64,000 bases of DNA from positions 278,600 to 342,599 of the forward strand of contig JAYQIQ010000001.1 in the NCBI GenBank assembly GCA_038141705.1. The letters are read 5' to 3'. The notes below the pieces were generated by a model. That model was not told where the DNA came from and did not search any database. It worked only from the letters and a program-made list of their open reading frames with translations. Numbering within the stretch: position 1 is the stretch's first letter; each line of letters opens with the position of its first letter. Of the stretch, positions 42,353-54,876 are shown in pieces. This DNA comes from Candidatus Eutrophomonas brisbanensis. GTDB taxonomy: Bacteria; Pseudomonadota; Gammaproteobacteria; Burkholderiales; Eutrophovitaceae. A program made the translations under genes and the position numbers.

Positions 42353-44337
42353 TTAGCTTCGGGAAGAGAGGCTTTCAGAGAACTTAACCACTGAATCAAA
42401 GACCTCTTCCACACTAAGAGTTGATGTATCTATCTCAACTGCCCCCTCTGCTCGCCGAAGTGGAGAATGATCCCGATTTGTGTCGCGTTTATCGCGATCC
42501 TCAATTTCTTCAGCAAGACCCTCCATTTTAACCTTGAAACCCTTACTGATCAACTGCTTATATCGTCTCTCAGCCCGAACCTTTAGAGATGCAGTCAAAA
42601 ATATTTTTACAGCGGAATCTGGAAAAACTACGGAACCCATATCCCGCCCCTCAGCTACCAGTCCTGGAGCCCTCCTGAAAGATTTCTGTATATTAATTAA
42701 TGACTTACGAATTTCTAAATTGGATGCAATCCTGCTAGCTAAGTCAGAAATTTCCTGAGATCGAATGGCTTTTGAAATATCTTTACTTTCCCAAAATATC
42801 TTTTCTGCCTGAAACTCTACCTTCTGTCTCAAAAACCAAGTTTCAATTTTTTCGCTATCCCAACCATGCAGCTCAAACCCGAGCTCTTTGGAGACGAACG
42901 CGAGTACTCTGTAGAGAGCGCCACTGTCCAAATAGTGGAAGCCGAGTCGCTCGGCCAGCGTGGTCGCGACAGTCCCTTTTCCAACACCAGATGGCCCGTC
43001 AATGGAAACAACCGGAGCGCGGGTAATACGCTTAAGAGAATCAAAAAAATTAGGAAATGTTTTGTTGACGCACTGAGGATCTAAAATCTCTACCGAAACA
43101 CCCGCAAAAGATGCGAGCGAAAAACACATGGCCATACGATGATCGTCGTACGTCTCCACGGCGATGCCATCGGATATGAATTCAGGGGGAATTACCTCAA
43201 GAAAGTCCTTACCTTCATTCACTTGAGCGCCAAACTTTCTCAACTCCGTTGCCATAGCCCTCAATCTATCCGTCTCTTTGACACGCCAATTTTCAATATT
43301 TCTTAGCTTACAAGGACCATCCGCAAAAAGAGCCATTACTGCAAGTGTCATAGCGGCATCAGGAATATGATTCAAATCTAAATCAAAAGACTTGATTTTC
43401 TCGACCGAGCGACCATCCACATCTAACCAATGCTCTCCCCAGAACTAAACTTCACTCCGAGTTGCGCCAGAACCTCAATAAAATCGATATCCCCCTGAAT
43501 ACTGTTCTTGGACAAGTTTTCAATCCGAACCAACCCCCTCCCTAGAACAGCTGCAGCTAAAAAGTAAGAGGCGCTCGATGCATCCGCCTCTATGTCATAG
43601 CATCTTGGGGAAATGTATTTTTGTCCCGCAGCAATCTCGAACGTCTCGAAATTTTCGTTTTTTACCGTTACGCCAAAATCTTTCATTAAGCGAAGAGTGA
43701 GTGCCGCATAGGGCTTGGACACCAGCTCACCAACCACTCTTATTGTAGCCTTAGCTCCAGTAAGAGGAAGGGCCAACAAAAGTCCGGATAGAAATTGACT
43801 AGATATTGATCCGCTTATGACAATTTCTTGAGGTATTGAGACATCAGACTGATTAAGCCTTAACGGAGGAAAACCTTCTGAACCTACATAATCAATATTA
43901 CATTTGATCTGCCTGAGCGCATCTACCAAGTCTCCGATAGGTCTCTCATGCATCCGGGGGACACCACTTATTTCATACTGCCCACCCAATACCGACAAAA
44001 CAGGTACCAGCGTTCTAACGGCAGTTCCCGCATTTCCTAAGAACAAGGATGCCACTTTATTAGGAAAATCTCCGCCTCCCCCTTTAACTTCTAAAACTTC
44101 ACCAACGGCCTTGATACCGATACCAAGGGTTTTTAGCGCATCCAGCATTACCGATGTGTCGTCAGATCTCAGAACATTAGATAGACGTGTTGTTCCACTT
44201 GCGAGTGCTGCGAGTAATAATGCTCTGTTGGAAATACTTTTCGATCCAGGAATACTCACCTTTCCGCCCGCGCCAAAAGGGGCGGTCACAATGATCGATT
44301 CCTTCGTCTTACTAATCACTACCTTCTCTCGGCCCAT
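42353..44337 (-). CDS. aroA: Bifunctional EPSP synthase / cytidylate kinase (AroA-Cmk fusion); frameshift near 43430
   Basis: [33 protein letters not shown], in frame with [11 protein letters not shown] and EGRDMG of Cmk. Confidence 0.92.
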
Positions 44338-45203
44338 TTATTGCGCGCGTCTGACGCTTGTTGAAACATATCAAGAAGGCTCCCGAAATCCCCCCCTCAT
44401 CATCTGCTCTATTTTTTCTAGCACCTTCTTAAAATCTGAAATATCGCTGAGGACTTTGTCTTTATTGGACTGACATATGTCCTTCCACATTTCAGGTGAA
44501 CTTCCCGCAATCCTGGAAAAATCACGAAATCCACTTGCAGCAAAACTAAACAATTGTTGAGAGTCAGAGCGATCCGCAAGCATGCTAACGAGAGCAAACG
44601 AAACCACGTGAGGAAGATGGCTGACAGCAGAGAAAATAACATCATGAGAGGACGCGTCTAACCTCACGATATTCGCCCAACCGACTGCCACATGCGCTCT
44701 ACTATATTAAGTGCAAACTCAGAGGTGCCCTCGACGGGCGTTAATACGACGTTCTTATCCAAAAACAGATCATCCGAAGCGGCAATCGCTCCATTTTTCT
44801 CCCCGCCAGCAATAGGATGTGCCGGCACAAATCTTCCAAAAGAGTTACCAAGAGCTTCCCGAGCGATTGAAATAATATCCTCTTTGGTACTGCCAACATC
44901 AGTAATTATCGCGCTCTTCGAGACCTTGCGAGCCACCGCCTCAAATACCAATTTAGTCTGCGCAACAGGAACAGCGATCAGTACCATGTCGACATCAGAT
45001 GGAATATTCTCAGGATCAGTTAAGTAAAGATCCAGCAACCCCATTTTATGAGCAGTTATTAAATTCTCTTCACTTCGGCCCACTCCAATGATCTCGTCAA
45101 CGAGGTGAAGTTTCTTTAAAGATGATGCGAGCGATCCACCGATTAGCCCAACGCCAACTATTACTAAACGCTTTATTCGCTCGGGGGAATTATTCATCAG
45201 CAA
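44319..45203 (-). CDS. tyrA: Prephenate/arogenate dehydrogenase (frameshifted)
   Basis: GVGLIGGS, TDVGSTK, HPIAG, SHLPH, GFRDFSRIA. Confidence 0.9.
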
Positions 45204-45212
45204 ATCCTTGAG

Positions 45213-46310
45213 TTAACGGTCCGAACTTAGCACACGCCGTAATGCCTCAAGAAATTTCTCGTTTTCGTTTTGCAGCCCAACGCTTACCCTAATGTGCCGT
45301 GGCATTCCATAACCCCCAATTGGTCGGACTATTACACCCTCCCTGAGAAGCGCATCAAATACACGCTTCCCATCACCCACATCGATCGTTAAAAAATTAC
45401 CAGACGAGGGAATGTACTCAATCCCTAAAGATTTCAAACCAGAAACTAACTGAGCCATACCCTGACGATTAACTTCTCGAGACCGCTCTATAAATTCATC
45501 ATCCGCTAACGCTGCGACGACTGCCGCCTGCGCAAAACTACTCACGTTAAACGGTTGGCGTATTCGGTTCAGAACTTCTATTAACTCCTCATTACCCACG
45601 CCCACTCCAATGCGTAAAGAGGCTAGCCCGTAAACTTTCGAGAAAGTTCGAGTTACAAGTAGATTGGAAAACTCATCAACCCAACTCAAACTATTCGATT
45701 GATCCTTCTCCTCGAGGTATTCAGTGTAGGCCTCGTCCAGCACCACCAAAACATGCTTCGGAACCTTCTCGATAAATTTCCTGACCTTCTCGGGCGAGAC
45801 AAAAGTTCCAGTTGGATTGTTGGGATTCGACACAAATATTACTTTCGTATCCACTCTGATCGCCATAAGCATCGCATCTAAATCATGACCGAACTGACGC
45901 GCAGGAACCTCTATTCCATTAGCCCCCCGACTCAGGGTAGCTAGTTTGTTCACGATGAAACAGTGCTCCGAGTAAACAGAAGATAGCCCCGCATCCAAAA
46001 AAGCAATACTCGCCATTTCCAAAATATCATTCGAGCCATTGCCCAGAAGGATCTTCACGGGATCAATCTTAAACTTCTTTCCTAACGCCTCCTTAAGAAG
46101 ATGTCCACTACCGTCTGGATAACGTGCAATATTTTTTATTTCTCCCTGTATCGCGTCTCGCACTTTGGGACTACACCCTAACGGGTTCTCATTCGAGGCT
46201 AATTTAACAATTTCACTGGCCCTAAACCCCAGCTCTCTAGCTAATTCATCGATTGGTTTGCCCGGTTGATAGGGGGCTATGTCAGAGACAAAAGATAACG
46301 GTGTTGGCAT
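45213..46310 (-). CDS. hisC: Histidinol-phosphate aminotransferase
   Basis: KLASNENPLG, NPNNPTG, DEAY, RTFSK. Confidence 0.95.
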   Translation of the reverse strand: MPTPLSFVSDIAPYQPGKPIDELARELGFRASEIVKLASNENPLGCSPKVRDAIQGEIKNIARYPDGSGHLLKEALGKKFKIDPVKILLGNGSNDILEMASIAFLDAGLSSVYSEHCFIVNKLATLSRGANGIEVPARQFGHDLDAMLMAIRVDTKVIFVSNPNNPTGTFVSPEKVRKFIEKVPKHVLVVLDEAYTEYLEEKDQSNSLSWVDEFSNLLVTRTFSKVYGLASLRIGVGVGNEELIEVLNRIRQPFNVSSFAQAAVVAALADDEFIERSREVNRQGMAQLVSGLKSLGIEYIPSSGNFLTIDVGDGKRVFDALLREGVIVRPIGGYGMPRHIRVSVGLQNENEKFLEALRRVLSSDR

Positions 46311-46336
46311 TGGGATCGCGCTCTTCCTTTTAACAA

Positions 46337-47401
46337 CTAATTGATCATTCGAGGATAAGAGCCAAGCACCTTCAAAAATCCCGCTTTGACCATAATTTCA
46401 CTGAGAGCCTTGTCAATCAACGGCTCATCCTTATGACCCTCAAAATCAACAAAAAACATGTACTCCCACAAACCCATCCTCGAGGGCCGCGACTCTAAGC
46501 GAGTCATACTAATACCATTTTTTGCGAGCGGCTCGAGCAGCTCAAAGATAGCTCCTGCCGTATGTTGAGACGCCATAACAATTGAAGTTTTATCTCTGCC
46601 AGAAGGTCCAGGACATTCGCGCGCTATCACTCCAAATCGGGTGGTGTTGTTCGCTTTATCCTCTATGTTTGTAGCCAACAAATTTAACTCGTAATGATCG
46701 GCGGCCGCCCGACTTTCAATTGCTGCAGCATTCGACTCCTTGCAGGCAATTATCGCTGCCTCGGCATTGCTCGCCACCGGAACCGTCTCTATCCCTGGAT
46801 AATTCTGCGTAATCCATGCATGGCACTGAGCAAGACTTTGAGAGTGCGCATAGATCTTCGAGATCGATTTATTGTCAGACTTACTCATTAAGTTGTGGTG
46901 AATTGGTAGACCAACCTCCCCTATCAAGTACAGCTCCCTGTCAAAGAGCAAATCAAGAGAGATATTGATAGCCCCTTCCGTTGAGTTCTCCAACGGAATC
47001 ACACCAAATGATGCTTCCCCGGTTTGGACCGCGCGAAAAATATCCTCAATAGATCGGCAAAAATACGGCTGTATCCGCTTGCCAAAGTGCTTGAAACACG
47101 CTTCCTCGCTGTATGTTCCTCGAGGCCCGAGACACGCAATCCGAAAAACTTCCTCCAAAGCCCTGCAGGCTGAAATCACTTCCGTGAATATGCCAGAGAT
47201 CGACTGGTTATCGAGTGGTCCCTGATTCAGTTCGTGCAACCTCTGATGGACAACGGCTTCTCTTTCTGGACGGTAGATAACCGAGTGATTTTTGACAACC
47301 CCGACCCTCTGAGCAAGTCTCGCTCTTTCGTTAAAGAGCTTCAACAGTTCCTCATCAACTGCGTCTATCTGTATCCGTAAGTCTGACAATTCATCTGACA
47401 T
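46337..47401 (-). CDS. pheA: Chorismate mutase / prephenate dehydratase
   Basis: LRIQIDAVD, ENSTEG, NTTRF, LESRPS. Confidence 0.95.
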   Translation of the reverse strand: MSDELSDLRIQIDAVDEELLKLFNERARLAQRVGVVKNHSVIYRPEREAVVHQRLHELNQGPLDNQSISGIFTEVISACRALEEVFRIACLGPRGTYSEEACFKHFGKRIQPYFCRSIEDIFRAVQTGEASFGVIPLENSTEGAINISLDLLFDRELYLIGEVGLPIHHNLMSKSDNKSISKIYAHSQSLAQCHAWITQNYPGIETVPVASNAEAAIIACKESNAAAIESRAAADHYELNLLATNIEDKANNTTRFGVIARECPGPSGRDKTSIVMASQHTAGAIFELLEPLAKNGISMTRLESRPSRMGLWEYMFFVDFEGHKDEPLIDKALSEIMVKAGFLKVLGSYPRMIN

Positions 47402-47429
47402 CTATATTCTCCAGATTTCGCGTGTTGCG

Positions 47430-48623
47430 TCACGTCCTAGGAAGATATCTTAAGCTACGAACGCCCTCAATACCCTTAATGGTCTCTAAGGTGGTATCAG
47501 AGATAGGACTGTCTACGTCAACCAAAGTAAGCGCAATCTCCTTGGAAGAGTTATTAATCATGTTGTGAATATTCAGCCCCTGTTCTGCCAGAGCGGTTGA
47601 TATTTGCCCGAGCATGTTAGGTACATTCGCATTGATGATTGCCAAACGAAACTCGGACTCCCTAGGCATCAGTACACGCGGGAAATTTACGGAGTTCACC
47701 ACATTCCCATTATCCAGGTAATCTATGATTTGCGACACAACCATTAGCGCACAATTCTCCTCTGCCTCTTTTGTCGATGCCCCTAGGTGAGGCAAGGAGA
47801 TGACGCCCCTCATACCTAAGAGGCTGGGGTTTGGAAAATCACAAATATACTGTCTAATTCTACCAGCCTCAATTGCCTCGGAAATCGCCCCATTATCAAC
47901 GACACCTCCCCTAGAGAAATTCAAAACGACTGAATCCTTACGCATTTTCGACAGTAACTCTTTATTAACCAAACTCCTCGTCGAATCGTTAAGAGGAACA
48001 TGCAGTGTTAAAAAATCTGATTTCTTAGCGAGGTCTTCTATTGAAGATGCCTTCGATACTCCAGCCGGCAAACTCCAAGCGGCCTCAATGGTAATACCTG
48101 GGTCAAAACCGATGACTCGCATTCCAAGTTTTAGGGCTACATCAGCAACTAGACTACCTATCATGCCTAAGCCAATGACACCAAGGGTCTTCCCTGGCAA
48201 CTCAAAGCCCGCAAATTTTTTCTTACCGCCCTCCACGAGTTCCGAAAAATTTTTACTAGCAGAATCAAGCGACCCAACGAACTCTATCGACTGAGGTATG
48301 TTCCTGGCTGACATGAGGAGCCCGGCTAAGACTAATTCCTTAACCGCATTCGCGTTCGCACCGGGCGTATTAAAAACCGGTATCCCGAGGCTAGTTAATT
48401 TTTCTGTTGGAATGTTGTTAGTGCCGGCCCCGGCGCGACCCACCACCAATAGGTTGCTGCCGGTTGCCATTTCCAGTAAATTCGCTGACCTGACCAAGAT
48501 GGCATGGGGATTCTCGTGCTCCGACTTCACGTCATAGAGGTTAGGAGAGAACAACTCAATACCCCTCGCGGATATATTGTTCAAGGTCTGAACTTGAAAT
48601 TTCTCTGCTCTTCTAATAATCAC
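47430..48623 (-). CDS. serA: D-3-phosphoglycerate dehydrogenase
   Basis: RAGAGTNN, GLGMIG, PHLGAST, C-terminal ACT; follows serC. Confidence 0.9.
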   Translation of the reverse strand: MIIRRAEKFQVQTLNNISARGIELFSPNLYDVKSEHENPHAILVRSANLLEMATGSNLLVVGRAGAGTNNIPTEKLTSLGIPVFNTPGANANAVKELVLAGLLMSARNIPQSIEFVGSLDSASKNFSELVEGGKKKFAGFELPGKTLGVIGLGMIGSLVADVALKLGMRVIGFDPGITIEAAWSLPAGVSKASSIEDLAKKSDFLTLHVPLNDSTRSLVNKELLSKMRKDSVVLNFSRGGVVDNGAISEAIEAGRIRQYICDFPNPSLLGMRGVISLPHLGASTKEAEENCALMVVSQIIDYLDNGNVVNSVNFPRVLMPRESEFRLAIINANVPNMLGQISTALAEQGLNIHNMINNSSKEIALTLVDVDSPISDTTLETIKGIEGVRSLRYLPRT

Positions 48624-48632
48624 GCGCCTTCC

Positions 48633-49712
48633 TTAACCATTTTCTTTTTCAAACTCAGACATAAAATCAACCAAAGTGCGTACCCCGTGAATGGGCATTG
48701 CATTGTAGATTGAAGCTCTTATTCCGCCCACCGAGCGATGCCCCTTAAGTTGAAAGAGACCCCTCTCTTCAGCTTTCCTTAGAAACTCTTTTTCCAGACT
48801 GGGTTCGCTGATCCGAAAGGGCACATTCATTCTAGAACGATCCTCTTTTCGGATCGGGCTAACGTAAAAATCTGTGGAATCTATTTTTTCGTAAAGTAAA
48901 TTCGACTTTTCAATATTTGTTTTCTCGATGACAGAAAGACCTCCTAGGTCATTTAACCAATCGAACACCAATCCAGATACATACATCGCAAATGTTGGTG
49001 GTGTATTTAGCATCGACTGATTTTTATCTTGAATCGCATAACTTAACATTGAAGGGAGTGAGTCCGGACTGCGCTTTAGAAGGTCTCGACGAATAATTAC
49101 AATTGTGAGCCCTGCCGGTCCTATATTTTTTTGCGCTCCCGCATAAATCACCCCAAAATCATCAACTCTCACAGGTCTCGATAAAATGTTCGATGACATG
49201 TCAGCCACTAGAGGGCTCGAAAGATTAGTTGGGAAAGTTTGAAACTCAAGCCCACCAATAGTCTCGTTAGACGTAATATGTAGATAACTCGCATCAGAGC
49301 TCATATTCCAAGAAGCAAAATCTGGAATCCTTGAGAACGACTCACTCTCAGAGCTCGCAACCACGTTCACGTTACGCAACCCTCTCGCTTCTGCGATCGC
49401 TTTTTTTGACCACTCACCGGTATAGACGTAGTCCACAGAACCATCATCAGGAACCAAATTCAGTAGGAGCTGGAAAACTGGAGCGTAGCCCCCTTGCAAA
49501 AATAGCACTGAATAATCCTGAGAAATCCCCATCAGTCGCCTCAAGCTAGCCTCTGCCCCCTCTGCGATTGACATAAACTCTGGACCTCGATGACTCATCT
49601 CCATCACCGACATTCCGGAGCCATTCCAGTCAAGCATTTCCTCTTTGGCTTTAAGCAATACAGATTCCGGCAGCACCGCCGGACCAGCGCTGAAGTTATA
49701 AATTTGCGTCAA
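48633..49712 (-). CDS. serC: Phosphoserine aminotransferase
   Basis: NFSAGPAVLP, MSHR, AGAQKNIGPAG, GHRSVGG. Confidence 0.96.
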   Translation of the reverse strand: MTQIYNFSAGPAVLPESVLLKAKEEMLDWNGSGMSVMEMSHRGPEFMSIAEGAEASLRRLMGISQDYSVLFLQGGYAPVFQLLLNLVPDDGSVDYVYTGEWSKKAIAEARGLRNVNVVASSESESFSRIPDFASWNMSSDASYLHITSNETIGGLEFQTFPTNLSSPLVADMSSNILSRPVRVDDFGVIYAGAQKNIGPAGLTIVIIRRDLLKRSPDSLPSMLSYAIQDKNQSMLNTPPTFAMYVSGLVFDWLNDLGGLSVIEKTNIEKSNLLYEKIDSTDFYVSPIRKEDRSRMNVPFRISEPSLEKEFLRKAEERGLFQLKGHRSVGGIRASIYNAMPIHGVRTLVDFMSEFEKENG

Positions 49713-49754
49713 ATGAAACTCCTTAAGGAATGAATAACGAAAAAATTAGTGGAC

Positions 49755-52343
49755 TTACTGATCGTCGGCGATCGGGATCTCCGTCGGAGTAGGAGAATCT
49801 TCAACGTCGTCAATGACACTCTCATCAACTTTTACGAGGCCGGCTAGCTTCTCATCATTACCAAGGTTGATAAGACGAACGCCCTGCGTACTCCTGCCCA
49901 TTTCTCTAATCTGACGGATCTCCGTCCTAATCAAAACTCCACCGGTTGTAATAAGCATCGCCTCGTCAGACTCGGTTACGAGCGTTGCGGACACAACTTT
50001 TCCGTTCCGCTCACTCGTTTGAATTGCAACGACCCCCTGGGTACCCCTCGAATGAGCGGTGAATTCAACCACCTTCGTTCTCTTGCCATAACCATTCTCC
50101 GTCGCGGTCAAAATACTTTTATTTTCATCGTCAGAAATCACCAATGAAATAAGTGCATGGTCAGAAGGCAGTTTCATTCCACGGACCCCACGAGCTCCAC
50201 GCCCCATAGCTCTAACATTGGTCTCTCGGAAACGTACCGCTTTCCCACCATCGGAGAACAACATGACATCCTGTTTTCCATCGGTGATCGCAACACCAAC
50301 AAGATGATCCCCTCATCCAAGTCAACAGCGATGATACCCATCTGTCTCGGACGTGAAAAATGAGACAGCGGAGACTTTTTAACAACGCCTCGAGATGTCG
50401 CCATAAACACGAAGTGATCATCATTAAACTCAGTGACCGGAAGGATAGCTGTGATCTTTTCGCCCTCGGAAAGTTGAACCATATTCACAATTGGCTTACC
50501 CCGGCTAGTTCGCCCCCTTGGGGAACTTCATAAACTTTCAGCCAATACATCTTCCCTGGTCGGAGAAACACAAGATGTAATCGTGGGTATGAGCGATAAA
50601 GAGGTTATCCACAAAATCATCCTCTTTTGTCTTAGTCGCCTGTTTACCTCGACCACCTCTGCGCTGCGCTCGATAATCGCTTAAAGGTTGAGATTTGATA
50701 TAGCCGGAGTGCGATAAAGTGACAACAACATCTTCTGGCGTAATCAAATCTTCAAGAGAAATATCCTGAGCGTTTACTTCTATTTGACTTCGACGCACAT
50801 CAGAGAAATCATTTTTTGTCTGGGACAACTCCTCACGGATAATGACTCGAACTCGATCTGCGTTACCCAAAATATCCTGCAAGTCAGCGATGATATCCAT
50901 CACCTCTTGATACTCATCTTCAATTTTTTTCTGCTCTAGACCTGTTAAGCGCTGGAGTTGCATTTCAAGAATTTTTTGGGCCTGCACTTCCGATAAGTGA
51001 TAGCCATCTTCCCGCAAACCATGAGACATATCCGCATCCCCGTCGACTGGCTTTTCTATTCTCGATAGTAGCCCCTCCACCAATTCTGATCTCCAAACTC
51101 TGGAAATCAGCTCACGCTTCGCCTCAGGGGGGGTTTGCATTGCTTTGATAAGCGCAATAATTTCATCAACATTCGATAACGCAACAGCCAAGCCTTCGAG
51201 AATATGCGCTCGCTCTTTCGCTTTTTTTAACTCAAAAATAGTTCTCCGAGTGACCACCTCTTTGCGGTGGCGAACGAACTCCTCAATAAATTGTTTGAGG
51301 TTCAACAAGCGCGGCTGCCCATCAACAAGCGCCACCATATTCATCCCAAACGTATCCTGCAGTTGCGTTTCTTTATAGAGGTTATTGAGTACAACTTCCG
51401 CTATCTCGCCACGTTTTAGCTCTAAGACGACCCGCATGCCGGATTTGTCCGATTCGTCACGGATACCAGATGGCGAGAGCCCTTCAATACGTTTATCCCT
51501 GACAAGCTCTCCGATGCGCATAAGAAGCGAAGACTTATTAACCTGATACGGCAACTCATCGATGATAATTGCTTGACGATTCCCGCCTTCGAGATCCTCA
51601 AAATGAGTTTTAGCGCGCATCACCACACGACCCCGACCCGTCCGGTAAGCCTCTTTCACTCCCGCGGTACCGTAAATAATCCCCCGAGTCGGGAAATCAG
51701 GAGCAGGAATAATCTCAATCAACTCCTCTATTGTTGTTTCTGGGTTATCTAGAAGAGTCAAACAAGCGTCAATCACCTCGTTAATGTTGTGCGGCGGTAT
51801 ATTCGTCGCCATTCCAACCGCTATACCAGACGAACCGTTAACAAGAAGGTTGGGAATTCTCGCAGGCATAACTAGAGGCTCTAGTTCTTTGCCATCGTAA
51901 TTCGGGCCGAAATCCACCGTCTCCTTGTCAAGGTCGGAAAGTATTTCAGCGGCAATCTTTTCAAGCCGACACTCGGTGTAACGCATAGCGGCCGCATTAT
52001 CACCATCCACTGATCCAAAATTACCCTGTCCGTCTACGATTGGGTAGCGAAGGCTAAAATCTTGAGCCATCCTAACCAAAGTGTCGTAAATCGCGCTGTC
52101 GCCGTGCGGGTGGTACTTACCCATCACCTCTCCAACTACACGCGCACATTTGACGTAAGGTCGATTCCAGAGATTATTGGATTCATACATCGCGTATAAA
52201 ATTCGACGGTGTACCGGCTTCAAACCATCTCGAACATCGGGTAGCGCCCTGCCAACGATCACACTCATTGCGTAATCGAGATAGGAGCGCTTCATCTCCT
52301 CTTCAAGACTTATGGGTAGGGTTTCTTTTGCGAATTGCTCCAT
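49755..52343 (-). CDS. gyrA: DNA gyrase subunit A (two frameshifts in the C-terminal domain)
   Basis: YHPHGD, AAMRYTE, GyrA box QRRGGRG, beta-pinwheel repeats. Confidence 0.97.
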
Positions 52344-52569
52344 TAGAACTTTCTATCTTGCGGTGGGTCAGAACGTAAGGATCACGAAGGGAGTTGTGGG
52401 TTTGGAAAATCTTTGTTTTTCTCGTTTTTTCACAAACCAGATGATATCATAATTATGGGTCAAATTCCCCCTACGAGAAGCGAAAAATTAAGTATCTTAA
52501 CCCTGTGAATCTCTACGCACTAAGATTTACTTTCCTCATCAAAAAGTATGAAAGGGAAAGCCTAACTAC

Positions 52570-53265
52570 ATGTTAAATGTCGATCAGAGCGAACTAAAAA
52601 AATTCGAAGTTTTAGCCCACAAGTGGTGGGACCCGAACAGCGAATTTAAACCGTTACACGACATCAATCCACTGAGGTTGAACTTGATTAGGAAATTCGT
52701 GAACGTCGAGGACAAGGACATTCTTGATGTCGGTTGCGGCGGCGGCATTCTTGCTGAGGGGCTTGCAAAAAACGGGGGGCGCGTACTTGGGATAGACCTA
52801 GCTGACAAACCACTGGGCGTGGCTAAACTTCACTCACAAGAGAGCCAAGTGCCAGTGGCCTACGAAAAAATCTCCGTAGAAGAACTGAGAGATCAGGGGC
52901 GCAAACAGTTTGACATGATTACCTGCATGGAAATGTTAGAACACGTACCGAATCCGATTGAGACTGTGAGGGCATGCGCAGATCTAACGCGAGATGGAGG
53001 TTGGTGTTTCTTCTCAACGATTTCAAAAACCCCCAAAGCGTTTTTATTCGCGATCGTTGGCGCAGAGTATGTTCTCAAGCTCTTACCCAAAGGGACCCAC
53101 GAATTTAAAAAATTTATCAGACCTTCCGACCTTTCAAAAATGTGCAGGTCATCTGGCCTAGAGATTTTGGATGTCATCGGAATGACATACAACCCGTTTA
53201 CAAAGGTCTACTCACTTGGGAAAGACACAGATGTGAACTACACCCTCGTGACCAGAAAAGTATAG
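52570..53265 (+). CDS. ubiG: Ubiquinone biosynthesis O-methyltransferase
   Basis: WWDPNSEFKPLHDINPLR, LDVGCGGG, CMEMLEHVP. Confidence 0.96.
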   Translation: MLNVDQSELKKFEVLAHKWWDPNSEFKPLHDINPLRLNLIRKFVNVEDKDILDVGCGGGILAEGLAKNGGRVLGIDLADKPLGVAKLHSQESQVPVAYEKISVEELRDQGRKQFDMITCMEMLEHVPNPIETVRACADLTRDGGWCFFSTISKTPKAFLFAIVGAEYVLKLLPKGTHEFKKFIRPSDLSKMCRSSGLEILDVIGMTYNPFTKVYSLGKDTDVNYTLVTRKV

Positions 53266-53314
53266 GATATGGACTTACTGCTTAAGGAATAAAAACATAT
53301 TACTGGGGACAAAT

Positions 53315-53943
53315 ATGAAAATCGCTAAAACAAAATTTGCTTTGCTCTTTTCCGTGTTGGCCGGCTTCGCGCTCCTCGGATGTGTTCCTGGCCCACAAAT
53401 GCTGACGATAAAACCTGATGTAACGCTACCAGCCAAATCCGGGGATGCCGAAGTAACGCTAGGGGTCGAGATAATCGATGCACTTGGCTCGCAAAAAATC
53501 GGTATTGCGGGAGATCCAAACGGAGACAATTTTGATATAACCCTCACGGGAGACATGGCTAGCGCTTTGGCACCGACCATACAGGCAGGTCTGGAAAACC
53601 AAGGGTTTAAAGTGAGTACCCCCATCCGCAGAAACGCCTAATGTATTAACCGTAGAGGTTCAGAAAATTGCGCTTAGCTCTACGAAAGAAAAAATCAAAT
53701 ACGTAACTAAACTCGAAGTTGAGATTGTCGCAAAAGCTAGAAATGGAGGCTCAAATATAGCCGTCGATACTCAGTTACTGCAGAGAAGGAATCCGCCTCG
53801 GTCTCCTCCTCGGAAAATAGCAAATTAATGCTCAATTCAGCCGTTTCCGATGGCATATCAGCGATGCTAAATGACGAAAAGCTTATCGAGACTCTGAAAA
53901 AATAATAACTAGAAAAATAGCCCTAAAGTTGAGGTTACGGTAA
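53315..53943 (+). CDS. Lipoprotein, YajG-like (frameshifted)
   Basis: Lipobox LLGC; coding-like continuation (LTVEVQKI..., MLNSAVSDGISAMLNDEKL) to TAA at 53943. Confidence 0.55.
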
Positions 53944-53964
53944 ACTTCCCAGCGTAGTTGCTGT

Positions 53965-54327
53965 GGGGGCGACCTGGTTTCGACGTGGGTTGCGAAACAG
54001 TTCGGTGCATGCCAAGGTCCAGTCACCTTGTAAATCAGCTGGAAAACGTATAGTCGCAAACGACGAACGTTACGCTCTAGCCGCCTAATACCGGCTGGAC
54101 TCCGCACCAATTTTCTCTCGGGTTGGGCCAGGCAACTGGCAGCGGAGTCATAAACGAGAGATCGTGCAGATTGCGGTTACTTCGATTTGCATTAAACTTT
54201 AGGTAACTCGTCTGGCTCACGTCTGTCTATCGACGCAAGCTGGATTAAATTTAAAGATAAGACTAAGCATGTAGTACCGCCTGCAGAGGGCTTGCGGACG
54301 GGAGTTCGATTCTCCCCGCCTCCACCA
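53965..54327 (+). ncRNA. ssrA: tmRNA
   Basis: GGGGGCGACCTGGTTTCGAC 5' end; tag ANDERYALAA* at 54056-54088; GTTCGATTCTCCCCGCCTCCACCA 3' end. Confidence 0.97.
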
Positions 54328-54333
54328 ATCGTT

Positions 54334-54365
54334 AAAAAACCAACTTCTCTTAGTTGGTTTTTTTT
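54334..54365 (+). terminator. Terminator downstream of ssrA
   Basis: AAAAAACCAACT-TCTCTT-AGTTGGTTTTTTTT. Confidence 0.85.
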
Positions 54366-54504
54366 CGCCTACTACCGCGTGTTTGCGCGGATTCCTGTGG
54401 GTTCTTACGGACTTCAAAGCTCGCCATTTCTGCCAGTAACCGGCAGGTATTACTCTCCGTTTACGCATTCTCTCCGAACCTCCCAACAGGCACAGGCCGA
54501 AGTC

Positions 54505-54876
54505 CGGAAGGCACGCCTGCCACCCTACCAGCGATCGGATGTCATCGGTGCCGTAACGTTTGACATACTCCAGTGCGACCATTGCCCCCATGCTCCAACC
54601 AGCAATGGATACACGACGATCAGCTTTGCACCAACGAATGAAGCAGCTCAGCAAACCTTCCTATTGAATAGAAATACTCCAACGAATGCCATGTGTCGCT
54701 CCCTCTGGCAGATTTTCCTCTGCCAGGAAAATTCGAATGCGCTCCACACTGCGAAGATGCTCGCAAACACCATCCCAGATAGTCAGATCGCTCTGCAAAC
54801 CATGCAGCAGGATCAGTGGTGGACCTGAACCCTCAGACCGAACTTCGGTGCTCGCGCCAGACAGGTTCGATGGCAT
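54505..54876 (-). pseudogene. Alpha/beta hydrolase fragment
   Basis: GSGPPLILLHG, then IAGWSMGAMVALEY nucleophile elbow in another frame; breaks off near the island end. Confidence 0.7.

Noticed and set aside
10197-52343. Mass pseudogenisation or programmed frameshifting of core genes (bioA, bioD, rlmD, lapB, ihfB, aroA, tyrA, gyrA)
   Set aside because: Breaks are single-base indels, often at homopolymers, and hit essential genes such as gyrA; sequencing error is the simplest explanation
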